A stretch of DNA of 38,307 bases from Candidatus Thorarchaeota archaeon (GCA_038893995.1 JAWAQK010000019.1:1-38307); one strand, 5' to 3'; numbered from the stretch's first letter, positions 7,766-18,002 are shown. Made by a program: numbers and translations. The notes: generated from the letters alone by a model not told the origin.

Positions 7766-8281
7766 TCACTGCCACCTCTTCAGCTTCTGGAAGACCTGCG
7801 ATATGACCTCAGCTCTGAGGTTGTGTTTTGCTAGTTCGTCTCTCGATACTTCTCTTACCTGAGAAGCAGGGGCACCTGTATTCATTGAGCGTGGCGGTAT
7901 GACGACATTCGGGGGAACGATACTACCAGGTGCAAGGATGACGCCCTCTCCCAATGAGGCTCCATCGAACACCACAGAGCCCTCCCCCACACTGACGGAG
8001 TCCCCCATGTATACACCATGTACCACTGACGCTGTGTGGATTATACAGTCGTTCCCTATTATGGCCGGGTTTCCAGCGGTATGGGCATGTATGACTACGC
8101 TGTCCTGTATACATGTCCTCTCGCCTATCTTGACTGGAGCGTAGTCTCCCCTGATGACTGCACCTGGCCATACACTGGACTTTGGACCAATCTCAACATC
8201 ACCAATCAACGTGGCCTGTGGGCTGACATAGGCGGTTGGATCAATCTTGGGATTCTTGTCTCCAAGTGGCACGACCGGCAA
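7766..8281 (-). CDS. Gamma-carbonic anhydrase family (left-handed beta-helix) protein
   Basis: Start moved to TTG 8281 (GAGGTGA SD); P.IDPTAYV...[27 protein letters not shown]. Confidence 0.9.
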   Translation of the reverse strand: MPVVPLGDKNPKIDPTAYVSPQATLIGDVEIGPKSSVWPGAVIRGDYAPVKIGERTCIQDSVVIHAHTAGNPAIIGNDCIIHTASVVHGVYMGDSVSVGEGSVVFDGASLGEGVILAPGSIVPPNVVIPPRSMNTGAPASQVREVSRDELAKHNLRAEVISQVFQKLKRWQ

Positions 8282-8447
8282 TGGATCACCTCTGCTATGA
8301 GCACGAACCTCTCGGTCATAGGAGGATAAAAAGACAAGTGTCGCTCCGGAGGTGCCAGTCGTACTCTGTAAGGGCCCCTGATGACTCACTAGATCGAATT
8401 GAGAAGCTCTACCTCTTAGGTCCAGCCACATCATGAAACTGTATTTG

Positions 8448-8494
8448 ACACCAGAGCCACAGACGGAATGGATCATCCTGTGTAACTCTGGTGC
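8448..8494 (-). terminator. 3' hairpin downstream of the thioredoxin gene
   Basis: Minus strand GCACCAGAGT/GCTCTGGTGT (10 bp, 2 G-U) plus CACAG/CTGTG; the G-U pairs form only on the transcribed strand. Confidence 0.55.
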
Positions 8495-8505
8495 TCGTGA
8501 CTGGT

Positions 8506-8880
8506 CTAGTTTGTCTTGTCCTCTCCTAGCAGTCCCTCGATAATATCGACGTAGATCTCCTCTGGAAGCACTCCGACGAGCCTGTCGATTCTGTGTCCCT
8601 GTCCGTTGTCGAATACGACTCTCTCTCCGTGATTGTATACTAGCACCGTTGGCACGCCGCTTATCCTATTCTGGCTGCTGAACTCCCGATTCTTGTCGAC
8701 ATCGATCTTCACTACCTTGAAGCCCCTGTCTCTGTACTTCTCATCTAGACTCTCCAGCGTGGGTGCCAACATCTTGCAGGGCTGGCACCAGGTTGCGTAA
8801 CAGTCGATGAATACGACCCTGTTCTCCGCGACAATGTTACTGATCTGACTTGCTGAGACCTCTTGTACCACTGTTCTCAT
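8506..8880 (-). CDS. trxA: Thioredoxin
   Basis: [21 protein letters not shown]; ATG 8880 with GGAG SD. Confidence 0.92.
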   Translation of the reverse strand: MRTVVQEVSASQISNIVAENRVVFIDCYATWCQPCKMLAPTLESLDEKYRDRGFKVVKIDVDKNREFSSQNRISGVPTVLVYNHGERVVFDNGQGHRIDRLVGVLPEEIYVDIIEGLLGEDKTN

Positions 8881-9106
8881 CTCCGTTTCAATTGAACACG
8901 ACCAACCGGTTGTGAACAATTGAGCACAACCGTAGGAGGGTGATGAGCATTTAAAGTCTTTTGCATCATTACATGTCAGAGCTCTCTCTATATGGCACCG
9001 AACTTGGTGATCTCAGTCCACGTTCACTGCTGCGGCGCACTTTCAGGGGTTATAGTCTGAGAGTCGAAAAGCTTGATAAGTCCGGCGCGGACCCCTGCGA
9101 CCTCCG

Positions 9107-11758
9107 GTGATTGAGGTGCCCGTGCTGCATTGCGTTGCTTGTGGTTCCAGACTGGACATCAGAAAGACTGGGACCATATGGACGGTCCGATGCACAGGCT
9201 GTGGTGAAGAACACTCTACCGAAGGTAAGGATCTCTTGGACGCGTATGAGGCATATACAAGCCATGTGACGAACAGCGCCGGACCGAGACAAACCACAAT
9301 GCAGGGCCCTCTATCCACATCCGTGTCCAACAGGTCACGTGCGTCACTTCATGATGACCATAGCAAGAGACCCCGGGAAACACCTCGGGTCCAGTCCAGA
9401 GAAGAGATAGAACAGGTCATTGCGAAGAGCGGGATTCACCTCAGGCAACTGCCCGATACACTCAGGCGCATAGTGCTCATGGGACGTGATTATCTGGTAC
9501 ACTACCGCCGAATTCCCCCCAGTGATGCGGAATTCGGTAGACGCGTGGGTGAACTGCAGATCCCGAACCGGCTCAAGGAGTACCTGACGTCGCGTGGTAT
9601 TGAAACACTCTACAGGCATCAGGATGAGGCGTTCCGTGCGATAGAGGCAGGTCGTGACGTCGTGATTGTTGCACCCACTGCTCAGGGAAAGACTGAGGCG
9701 TTCATGTTGCCCATAATCAAGAGCCTGCTTGAATCGCGGACAAGTGAGTTCAGTAGCAGCGTGGGTGCAATACTCATCTATCCCACGAAGGCCCTCGCCA
9801 GAGATCAGTTCGACAAGATAAAGACCATGTGTCAGGCATCGGGTCTTAGTGCCGACATCTTCGATGGGGATGTGCCATCATCACATAGAGATCGAATCTA
9901 CGAGAATCCACCTGATATCCTCCTCACCAATCCGGATGTGCTGCACTATCACCTTGGTAGAACTTGGTCCCGGCTGACACCTATTCTTGATGGCACGAAG
10001 TTTGTGGTGCTCGACGAGATTCACCTGTATACTGGTTCCATGGGTGCTAACGTCTACTACATCCTCAAGCGACTGGCCATTGAGATTGGTCACTTCCAGT
10101 TGATTGGAGCGTCTGCGACCGTGTCCAATCCGAAAGAGTTTGCGGAGCAGCTGTTTGACAGGGAGGTCCTCCTGATTCAGACGGACTCTGCAAAGAGGGG
10201 CGCGATTCATTTCCTCATGTACTACCCTGGTGACCGCAGCAAGTACAGCATGATCGCAGACCTGGCAGCTGCCCTTCAGAGGTCCGGATTCAAGACGCTC
10301 GTGTTTGGCAACACTCACAATGAAGCAGAGCTGATCAACATCCTGCTGCAAGACAAAGGAATCCGTTCAAGGATCCACCGTGCAGGTCTTCCGAAGCGCG
10401 AACTCAGGGAGATAGAGCAGCAGTTCAAGAGTGGCTCCCTGTCCCTGATAGTATCTACGCCCACACTGGAGCTTGGCATCGATATCGGTGACCTTGACAG
10501 TGTGATAAGTATGCTCGTGTCTGTGACTAGAGTCACGCAAAGAATTGGTCGGGCCGGTCGGAAGGGACAGGAGGCCGTAGCCATATTGGCCCTCAGGGAC
10601 AAGGATCCGATCTCATCATTCTATCGCTCCAGGCCAGACAGGTACTTTACCGATATTGATGCGGCCTACGTGGAGCCTGGCAACGAGGTCGTTGGTTACT
10701 ACCAGCTGATCGCGGCTGCGATGAGTAGGAAACTGAAGGTCGATATGTTCCCGCACCAGCAACGTATTCTTGAGCGCCTCAGGAATGACGGAGTGATCTC
10801 CATCGGGACGAATGGAGAGGTGAGGATCACTGACTACCGTAGGGCGAGAGAGGAACTGGAAGGTTACAACATCAGAGGCATCGGACCCACAGTGTCGATA
10901 TCGAGAGACGGACGTGACATAGGCGAGCGATCAATGCCAATGGCTGCACAGGAACTTCACCCGGGGGCAATATACCTGCATGGTGGTCAGAACTATAGAT
11001 CCGTCGAGTTCCAGTACAGTGATGGACAGGGAAAAGCTGTTGTTGTTCCTCATCCCGATCGTTCTGTCTATACCCGTCCCCTATACTACACGACGCCGCT
11101 GGTGATAGAGACTCACGAGGGACGAAGAGTCCTTGGTCTGGATGTCAAGTACTGCACTCTGGAGATGACCCAGAACGTCGTGGGATACATCACAAAGAAG
11201 ACACACACAGATCAGGTGATAGGCAAGACATTTCTGGACACACCTATTGAATACAGCTACCTCACCCGAGGTTTCGTCTTCCGTGCCCCGGCACCGTCCA
11301 AGGCCATTGACAAGTTTCTGCGGGACTATCCCGGTGGCACTGAAGTGCTCTCTGGTGACCCGCTTGACCTGTATGGCGGGACCTTTCATGCGGTTGAACA
11401 CGTACTGATCGAGTCGAGCGGGATGCTCACTGGTGGGGGCGCTCACGAGACTGGAGGCGTTTCCATGGGCGATTCTGGTACCATATTCGTGTACGATGGT
11501 GCTCCTGGCGGGACGGGTGCCTCGAAGCTACTGTACGGCCGCCTAGAGGAGGCATTCTCCCGCATGGAAACAATACTTTCCACGTGTGAGTGCCAGACTG
11601 TGGATGGTTGTCCCCTGTGTACATACTCATATCAGTGTGGCAACAACAACAGGCCTCTCTTCAAGGCAGGTGCACTTGAGGTGACTCGTATGATACTCGA
11701 TGGTGTTGAGATGGATCTGGACCTGCAGTCGTACCGCGAGTTTGAACCGCTTGTCTAA
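9107..11758 (+). CDS. DEAH-box SF2 helicase with C-terminal DUF1998/MZB zinc domain (Hrq1/SftH-like) and N-terminal zinc ribbon
   Basis: LYRHQ, APTAQGKT, YPTKALARDQ, DEIH, SAT, LELGIDIG, QRIGRAGR, HAVEH, CEC...GCP.C; N-terminal CVAC...CTGC. Confidence 0.93.
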   Translation: MIEVPVLHCVACGSRLDIRKTGTIWTVRCTGCGEEHSTEGKDLLDAYEAYTSHVTNSAGPRQTTMQGPLSTSVSNRSRASLHDDHSKRPRETPRVQSREEIEQVIAKSGIHLRQLPDTLRRIVLMGRDYLVHYRRIPPSDAEFGRRVGELQIPNRLKEYLTSRGIETLYRHQDEAFRAIEAGRDVVIVAPTAQGKTEAFMLPIIKSLLESRTSEFSSSVGAILIYPTKALARDQFDKIKTMCQASGLSADIFDGDVPSSHRDRIYENPPDILLTNPDVLHYHLGRTWSRLTPILDGTKFVVLDEIHLYTGSMGANVYYILKRLAIEIGHFQLIGASATVSNPKEFAEQLFDREVLLIQTDSAKRGAIHFLMYYPGDRSKYSMIADLAAALQRSGFKTLVFGNTHNEAELINILLQDKGIRSRIHRAGLPKRELREIEQQFKSGSLSLIVSTPTLELGIDIGDLDSVISMLVSVTRVTQRIGRAGRKGQEAVAILALRDKDPISSFYRSRPDRYFTDIDAAYVEPGNEVVGYYQLIAAAMSRKLKVDMFPHQQRILERLRNDGVISIGTNGEVRITDYRRAREELEGYNIRGIGPTVSISRDGRDIGERSMPMAAQELHPGAIYLHGGQNYRSVEFQYSDGQGKAVVVPHPDRSVYTRPLYYTTPLVIETHEGRRVLGLDVKYCTLEMTQNVVGYITKKTHTDQVIGKTFLDTPIEYSYLTRGFVFRAPAPSKAIDKFLRDYPGGTEVLSGDPLDLYGGTFHAVEHVLIESSGMLTGGGAHETGGVSMGDSGTIFVYDGAPGGTGASKLLYGRLEEAFSRMETILSTCECQTVDGCPLCTYSYQCGNNNRPLFKAGALEVTRMILDGVEMDLDLQSYREFEPLV

Positions 11759-11777
11759 TACACACGGGGGCGATAGC

Positions 11778-13718
11778 ATGAGATTCTCCATAGGCAGGGG
11801 TCATGACGGACCGGCGCGCACAGGCTTGCTAAGTCTTGACTCCACCACACTTGATACTCCCTTCCTCATCATGCCAGAGCCGTCTCCATCAATCCCTGGC
11901 ATGAGCTATGTCGTGGCTGGCCGTGATCCCACTGCCGTGGGGACTGAATCACTGCTTGTGCTCCCCTCGGTCCTGTGTGGAGAGCCAGACCCTACGATTG
12001 CGGAACATCATGGGCCCATCCTTCTCCCGTCTGCTCCATCGATATCAGAGCTGAGTTCCAAGGCTGTGAGGATCGCAGTGCAGATGCAACTCAGCATAGT
12101 CGAAGAGCTGAGTGACAAGACCTCCGCTTCCCGAATGATCTTGCGTATCCCCTATGGTTCTCGTCCTGATGATCTTCTTGACCTCATACATCGTGCCTCG
12201 GAGTTCGGTATTCGTGCAGTTGCTGTCTCTCTCAGGGGAGACCTGGGTCCCAGTGACATGTTATCCGTGAGGGCACGGTCTGTGGTACCACGTGGTTGGA
12301 TGGCGCTTGCACTTGGGGAGATTGCCCCCTCGTTGGTACCACTCCTGTACTACTTGGGCTTCGATGGCCTGGACATGACGTCTGCCTACCTTGCAGCCGC
12401 AAACGGAATGCGACTCTGGCATAACGGCTCTGAGACTGTTCAAGACTCTGAGCAGTCGATCCGTTTCTGTCCGTGCGGTGCATGTCTCGGCGTCGATGTT
12501 GGGTCTATCAGGGGACACAATCTGGTCGATGTCCTGACGAGGCACAACAAGCTGGTGTACCGTCAGTCTCTCTCTGAGGCAGTCTATGCCATGCAGAGGG
12601 GTACTCTCAGAAGCCTTGTGGAATCGACATCTCACTACTCCACCGAGCTGGCAGCATTCATTCGTAGACTTGACAGGGAACTCTATGCCTTTGTCGAGGA
12701 ATTCACTCCGAACTATGGCATGTCTACCTTGCCCCTCATAGGACCGGAGTCCTACCATTCTCCGGTTGTGAGAAGGTTCAGAGAGCGTGTGGCATCACGA
12801 TACCAGCCGCTCCCTGGTAAGAGACTGGTCATATTGCTGCCCTGCTCAGCCAGGAAGCCCTACTCTGAATCAAAGTCTCATCATATGTTCCGGGCGAGTA
12901 TTGACTCTGCCATCGGTGATGTGATGGGGCTGGTCTCTGAGACAATACTGACCTCTCCGCTTGGAGTGGTCCCCCGTGAACTGGAGAGGGTCTTCCCAGT
13001 GTCGCGATACGACCTCCCGGTGACAGGTGACTGGGACCACGAGGAGATCGAGATTGCATCAGCCGCGCTAGTCACGCACTTGAGCAAGTTCTCGTCAGAC
13101 ACCGTTGTAGTTGCGCATGTCACTGGCGGTTATGCACAGGTCGTGAGGAACTGCGAGTCACAGGTTCGGCAGAGGATCGTGTATACTGCGCAGGGCGAGT
13201 CAACAACTAGCTCACGCTCGCTCGAGTCACTGGAGAGGGTCCTGCGCGGTCTCAGGGATGAACTCGACATGGCGCCCACAGGCTCCTCCCCTAATGTTGA
13301 GGCAATGCGTGCAGTGGCGGACTTCCAGATGGGAGCCGGAGCCGGTCCCCTGCTAATACCAGACGGAAGCCGGTTCAGAGGACGTGTCCACCAGGTCATC
13401 AGATGTTTTCTGGAATCAGTACAGACCTGCTCGTTCATCGGTCAGACAGGCTCCCTGTCGTTGACTGTCAAGGGCGCAGAGCTGCTGCTACCTCTTGGAC
13501 GGTACATAGTGAAGTTCGATGGTGACAGAATCCGAGGAGGGTCCCTCTTTGCAATCGGCGTGACAGATGCTGATCCCGACATTCGCCCCGGGGACGAGGT
13601 CATAGTGGTGAACAGAGAGGGACGGGTTGTGGCTGTCGGCAAGAGTGACATGTCTGGTCGTGAGATGTGTGAGCTTGACAATGGACGGGCAGTCTCACTG
13701 AGGCACAGGGAGGACTGA
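11778..13718 (+). CDS. arcS: Archaeosine synthase alpha subunit (TgtA2/ArcS) with PUA domain
   Basis: TGT-like N-terminus (HDGPARTG, TPF, CPCGAC...HN), LLPCSARKPYSESKSH, TSPLGVVPRELE..FP...YD.PVTGDW, C-terminal PUA. Confidence 0.92.
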   Translation: MRFSIGRGHDGPARTGLLSLDSTTLDTPFLIMPEPSPSIPGMSYVVAGRDPTAVGTESLLVLPSVLCGEPDPTIAEHHGPILLPSAPSISELSSKAVRIAVQMQLSIVEELSDKTSASRMILRIPYGSRPDDLLDLIHRASEFGIRAVAVSLRGDLGPSDMLSVRARSVVPRGWMALALGEIAPSLVPLLYYLGFDGLDMTSAYLAAANGMRLWHNGSETVQDSEQSIRFCPCGACLGVDVGSIRGHNLVDVLTRHNKLVYRQSLSEAVYAMQRGTLRSLVESTSHYSTELAAFIRRLDRELYAFVEEFTPNYGMSTLPLIGPESYHSPVVRRFRERVASRYQPLPGKRLVILLPCSARKPYSESKSHHMFRASIDSAIGDVMGLVSETILTSPLGVVPRELERVFPVSRYDLPVTGDWDHEEIEIASAALVTHLSKFSSDTVVVAHVTGGYAQVVRNCESQVRQRIVYTAQGESTTSSRSLESLERVLRGLRDELDMAPTGSSPNVEAMRAVADFQMGAGAGPLLIPDGSRFRGRVHQVIRCFLESVQTCSFIGQTGSLSLTVKGAELLLPLGRYIVKFDGDRIRGGSLFAIGVTDADPDIRPGDEVIVVNREGRVVAVGKSDMSGREMCELDNGRAVSLRHRED

Positions 13719-13721
13719 CAG

Positions 13722-14798
13722 GTGCGCACAGAGATTCAGTATCTGCACGATGAGATTGTGGCCGCCAACCTGCGGGCCCGTGCATCATCCATATCGAGAC
13801 GCAAGAGGTCAGGTGGCTCGGAACCTGCTGCGAGCTGGGTGGTCACTGAGAGAATCCATGAGAATATGGGCCGGGCACTCTCGGTAGTGCTGTCCACGTT
13901 GGGGTGCTCCCATGCACGGGCCGAGGGTGGAGGCTGTACTATGTGTAGCTATCTTCTTGACGGCAGCAACACCGCAGTGGATGCGGACTCACTCGTCTCC
14001 CAGTTCAGGAGTGCGATGAGTCGGTTGGCCGGAGTGTCTGCTCCCATCAGAGTGAAGGTATATACGAGTGGCAGCTTTCTCGACGTCAATGAGGTTCCTC
14101 TAGAGGCTCGTATCGCCATACTCCGAGAGATAGCCGCTGATCCACGTATCACAGACGTTGTGCTGGAGTCTAGACCCCAGTTCGTGGATGATGAGAGCAT
14201 GTATCAGATCCGGGAGATACTCGGCAAAAGGAGGGTCGAGATTGGGATTGGCCTCGAGAGCTTCAGTGATGTAGTGCGCCAGGTCTGTGTGAATAAGGCA
14301 TTCTCCCTGCGTGACTTTGAGTCGTCAGTCGAGACCACGAGCCGTCATGGAATTGGGGTCCGCGCTTATGTGTTGTTGAAGCCGCCATTCATCACGGAGC
14401 GAGATGCGCTGCGTGACTCGATCCGTACGATCGTGAGAGCCGCGGAACTTGGCGTGACTACAGTATCTCTGAATCCAGTGAACGTACAGAGATCCACACT
14501 TGTTGAGGAACTATGGCAGCGTGGTGCATACAGGCCGCCATGGCTATGGACAGTCGTCGAGGTATTGAGATCGAGCAGGACTGAGTGCGCACGTGATACA
14601 ATGATAGTGTGCGATCCCGTTGCTGCTGGCACGAGCCGGGGGCCTCACAACTGTGGAAGATGCGACTCCTCTGTCACCGATGCAATCAGGCTCTTCTCTT
14701 TGGAACAAGACCTGAGCCATCTCACGAGACTTGGCTGTTCGTGCAATGCCGTCTGGCAACGCTCCCTTCAATCAGGGGACCTGACCATGCTGGTGTGA
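13722..14798 (+). CDS. raSEA: Archaeosine biosynthesis radical SAM enzyme RaSEA
   Basis: GC.......GGCTMCSY, KVYTSGSFLD..EVP, ESRPQFV, IGLES, YVLLKPPF, YRPPWLW, RGPHNCGRC; directly downstream of arcS. Confidence 0.9.
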   Translation: MRTEIQYLHDEIVAANLRARASSISRRKRSGGSEPAASWVVTERIHENMGRALSVVLSTLGCSHARAEGGGCTMCSYLLDGSNTAVDADSLVSQFRSAMSRLAGVSAPIRVKVYTSGSFLDVNEVPLEARIAILREIAADPRITDVVLESRPQFVDDESMYQIREILGKRRVEIGIGLESFSDVVRQVCVNKAFSLRDFESSVETTSRHGIGVRAYVLLKPPFITERDALRDSIRTIVRAAELGVTTVSLNPVNVQRSTLVEELWQRGAYRPPWLWTVVEVLRSSRTECARDTMIVCDPVAAGTSRGPHNCGRCDSSVTDAIRLFSLEQDLSHLTRLGCSCNAVWQRSLQSGDLTMLV

Positions 14799-14864
14799 TG
14801 CCCCTCTAGATAACTAGAAAAAGCTCACAGTGGAAGTCTACCATATCCAGAGAGGTCTGATACA

Positions 14865-15221
14865 ATGGTCAACTATGTCACCCGAGTCTCTGTGTGGTTC
14901 TACAGCGAAGGAGCATCTCCGTCTGCAGTAATAACTAGGCTCATGGGACTTGGCTTCAGGCCGGTACGGGGTTCTCATGATTTCGTTTACGAACACAAGG
15001 GTCACGATCTGAGCGAGTCCGACCTCACAACGGCCATTCTCGAGATCGCAAACGGCCTTCACAAGGCTCTCTCGGGCTTCAAGGTGCTCTACAATCTGGA
15101 AACTGGTCCTGTGAGCGACGCGTCAGATGACATTCCGTTAGAGATCATTGACGCAGAACTTGAGCAGACAAGAAGAGAGATTGAGTCTGCAGAGAGTGAC
15201 ATCAGTCCAAAAGTCGACTGA
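14865..15221 (+). CDS. Conserved archaeal hypothetical protein
   Basis: WF.SEGASPS.V..RL..LGFRPVRG.HDFVY pattern recalled from uncharacterised archaeal proteins; GAGGT SD. Confidence 0.75.
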   Translation: MVNYVTRVSVWFYSEGASPSAVITRLMGLGFRPVRGSHDFVYEHKGHDLSESDLTTAILEIANGLHKALSGFKVLYNLETGPVSDASDDIPLEIIDAELEQTRREIESAESDISPKVD

Positions 15222-15259
15222 GAGAGGGAGAGGGTCTTATGCCCTCTCGTCTCTCTCTC
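15220..15259. terminator. GA/TC-rich hairpin between convergent genes
   Basis: GAGAGGG/CCCTCTC core with an extended GAGAGA/TCTCTC outer stem immediately after the stop. Confidence 0.55.
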
Positions 15260-15277
15260 GGGAGGGATGAGTGGGTC

Positions 15278-17062
15278 TCAGTCGGATGTGACTTCTGGCT
15301 CACGTCGCTCGTAGTCGCCCTCGCCCTCGACCATCACTGTCAGCTTCTTCTTGTCGCCTGGGTTCATTCTGTTCCAGACCCAACTGAGGGTTGTGCCTGT
15401 GGGCGACTGGGTGACCTTTGGTTCCTCCTCACTGGGGTCAGTCCGGATATACTTGAAGCCTGGTGGTATCCAGTCAGTCAATGTGACATTCTCTACCGTG
15501 ACCTCTCCCTTGTTCTCTGCCATTAGAACTACTACGTACTGTCGGGCCTCAGCTCCCCTGTTGATCGCCTTCTTGGCAGATATTGCACGCTTCCTGTATA
15601 TCACACCTAGCTTGTGTCCGTCGGGTTCGCTGTAGGCCTCAGCTGCAAGTCCAGCTGGATGAGGCTTCGCATAGCAGTGGATGGGACTTGGATACTGTTT
15701 CTCCGGTCTGTTCCTCCAGGCCATGATTGCGTAATTGATCTTCAGGTCCTGCCCGGGCTTCAGCCCACCCACCGAGTCGATCAGCTTCGGCACCTGCACT
15801 ATCAGCTTGTGTGGGACTGAGGGATCCTGGCCCTCTGGTTCAATCTCAACTGCAGTCTGGCCCGTGTACTTCTGACCACCCACAAATACCGATACATGTT
15901 CGCTCTTCGGCGGCATCACGTCATCGGGGAGATTGTCTTCGACCACCACCTCGTCAATGTCAGCTGTTCCCGTGTTGGTAACCACAACATCGACCTCTAC
16001 GGGTGTCTTGTCCATGCTGTTCACTTCTGGTGGGTCAAAGGTCTTTGTATAGTCTATCTTCACGACAGGGATCTTCTGATCCTCTTTCTCAATCCGGCCT
16101 AGCACTCTTCTCGTGATAGTTCGGGTGGGAGTGCATGTCACTTCGTGGGTACACTTGGGAGGCGACTTGCTCTCCACCTCAAACTTGGTGCTCCAGCTCT
16201 CTCCGGGCCCAAGTTCTACCCTCGGAGACTCATCGATCATCTTCTTCTTCTCGCCACCCTCCTCCGGCGTCAGGAACACCTCGGCATGGTCCAGTCTGAT
16301 CACGAACTCGCTCTCGTTGGAACACTCGAGCGTGCAGACCCAGTGGTTAGGCATGGCCTCGGCAGTCTCGATACCGGTCAGAAAGTCGGTCAGTGCGGTC
16401 AGGTCCGGCTTCAGACTCGAACGCTGTTGATCTTCAGCACGATATGTGACCACTATGGAGCCGGCATTCTTTACTCCCGGATCCTCCACCCTTGCAACTG
16501 CTGTGACCTGCAACACAGTCTCCTCATGGGGATAGATGAGGAAATCGTTCCATATGATCTGCCTAGTGTTGGGATCAAACTCTGCCTTCCCTGACTGGGC
16601 GCTCTCAATCTTGACGTCAGTGAGTTCAGGAGGAATGGCCTTGTTCAGGACGATGGCCTCCAGATTACCATCACTCTCGTTTCTGAGGCTTATCGTCATT
16701 CTGACCCTGTTGTCCTTTCCGAACACATACGCATTCCTGACGTCTTCCGCAGCTACCTCACACGCGTCGTAAGTTTCCCTGAGTGTCAGCAGCGGTCTGT
16801 CGATCTTGGTCTGATATTCCGTACTCCATACCTTGCCGACCTCTATCTCGCCAGCTGGAATGGAGTCCTGTGTGATGGTGGTGCCGTCGCGCGATCCTGC
16901 AACATGAACCACCACGTTCCATATTCTGTTGCTGTTGGAGATGTTCTTGACGCTCATCACACATGACGTCTGTGTGCTGAGCAGCTCACTGTGTTCACCG
17001 AGTCGGGCACTCTCTGACTCTTCTAGGTCGATGATCACAGTCTTCTTCTCTGTCACCCACAT
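15278..17062 (-). CDS. Cytoplasmic multi-beta-sandwich protein; N-terminal mu-homology-domain-like region, C-terminal DUF11/Ig-like domains
   Basis: 594 aa, no signal peptide or TM helix. Repeated pattern N.G......V.V.D.LP ... W....L.PG(E/D). Confidence 0.75.
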   Translation of the reverse strand: MWVTEKKTVIIDLEESESARLGEHSELLSTQTSCVMSVKNISNSNRIWNVVVHVAGSRDGTTITQDSIPAGEIEVGKVWSTEYQTKIDRPLLTLRETYDACEVAAEDVRNAYVFGKDNRVRMTISLRNESDGNLEAIVLNKAIPPELTDVKIESAQSGKAEFDPNTRQIIWNDFLIYPHEETVLQVTAVARVEDPGVKNAGSIVVTYRAEDQQRSSLKPDLTALTDFLTGIETAEAMPNHWVCTLECSNESEFVIRLDHAEVFLTPEEGGEKKKMIDESPRVELGPGESWSTKFEVESKSPPKCTHEVTCTPTRTITRRVLGRIEKEDQKIPVVKIDYTKTFDPPEVNSMDKTPVEVDVVVTNTGTADIDEVVVEDNLPDDVMPPKSEHVSVFVGGQKYTGQTAVEIEPEGQDPSVPHKLIVQVPKLIDSVGGLKPGQDLKINYAIMAWRNRPEKQYPSPIHCYAKPHPAGLAAEAYSEPDGHKLGVIYRKRAISAKKAINRGAEARQYVVVLMAENKGEVTVENVTLTDWIPPGFKYIRTDPSEEEPKVTQSPTGTTLSWVWNRMNPGDKKKLTVMVEGEGDYERREPEVTSD

Positions 17063-17131
17063 TCACCCACCTATCTTCTAATCCTCCCGAGTTGACTGAC
17101 GGCTCGTCTGGAAACTACTCTCACGGGTGTC

Positions 17132-17827
17132 TCATGACACCTGATACCGGAACTCGTTGCCAGCTGCCCATGTGACTTCAGCCACCTTTCCCACGTCCAT
17201 GGGCAGGGGTATGGAGCCCGGGGCAAATTGATCCACGTAGCGGACAAACCTGGCCAGCTGTTCTGGCTCGTACCACCTCATCGGTATTACGAGTCGGGGT
17301 CTTGCATCGACACAGAGACTCACTGCGTCTTTCACTGGAAACACACCATCGCCACCTATCGGTGTGATGAGTATCTCGGCCTCCAACTGGCCAAATGGTC
17401 CACGTATTGTTGTGTCTCCCAAGTAGGAGATACGCATTCGCCCCATCTCAATATAGAGTCCCAGATTCTCTATCTTGTCTTGACTTGCTGGCATTCCCCG
17501 CTTCAGTGGGTGCGGGGTTATCTTTAGTCCTGGGATCTCGTATGGTGTTTCAGCCGCAAGTTCATGTAGCAACCACGGCTTTCCCCCCTGCTTTCTCACC
17601 TTCTCTATGGTGGTCGCGTTACCGAGTATCCATGCCTTCGAGTTGTCAGCTATCTTGGCAGCATTTCCGAGAGCATCATCGAGATGGTTTGTTACCACGA
17701 TTATTCTGACGTCAAAGTCATCAGGAACGACCGGGGTCCCATCCCAGATGCCCGGATTGAGCAACACGGATGTGTCTTTTGACTCAAGAGCAAATGACGT
17801 ACGACCAAGATACCTGATCCTTAGCAT
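17132..17827 (-). CDS. Metallo-beta-lactamase-fold (UPF0173-like) protein with degenerate metal site
   Basis: IRYLGRTSF, VLLNP, VTNHLDDALG, YLGDT, PIGG, VIPMRW line up with the UPF0173 motifs. Confidence 0.82.
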   Translation of the reverse strand: MLRIRYLGRTSFALESKDTSVLLNPGIWDGTPVVPDDFDVRIIVVTNHLDDALGNAAKIADNSKAWILGNATTIEKVRKQGGKPWLLHELAAETPYEIPGLKITPHPLKRGMPASQDKIENLGLYIEMGRMRISYLGDTTIRGPFGQLEAEILITPIGGDGVFPVKDAVSLCVDARPRLVIPMRWYEPEQLARFVRYVDQFAPGSIPLPMDVGKVAEVTWAAGNEFRYQVS

Positions 17828-18002
17828 TCCTCGCACCCCGTGATGAGTAGATCCCGTGAGCCGACTGCCAGACTGTTCCTATGCTTCGTTGCATTTAAGC
17901 AAATTGGGCATGATTCGAATAAGACTCAACCATGCTGAGCGAAAATCTTTTCATCATCAATATGACTCGTACGGTAGTCCAAGGGACGGGCAGAGGAGTG
18001 CA

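Noticed and set aside
8448-8494. SECIS-like element after thioredoxin (contains AUGA)
   Set aside because: Thioredoxin has CQPC with no in-frame TGA, and the AUGA/GA quartet geometry is absent
11778-13718. Degenerate TGT domain as another pseudoenzyme
   Set aside because: This is the normal state of ArcS/TgtA2
17840-17900. Box C/D sRNA starting at GTGATGA
   Set aside because: No terminal CTGA box D at a suitable distance; it overlaps a divergent promoter region
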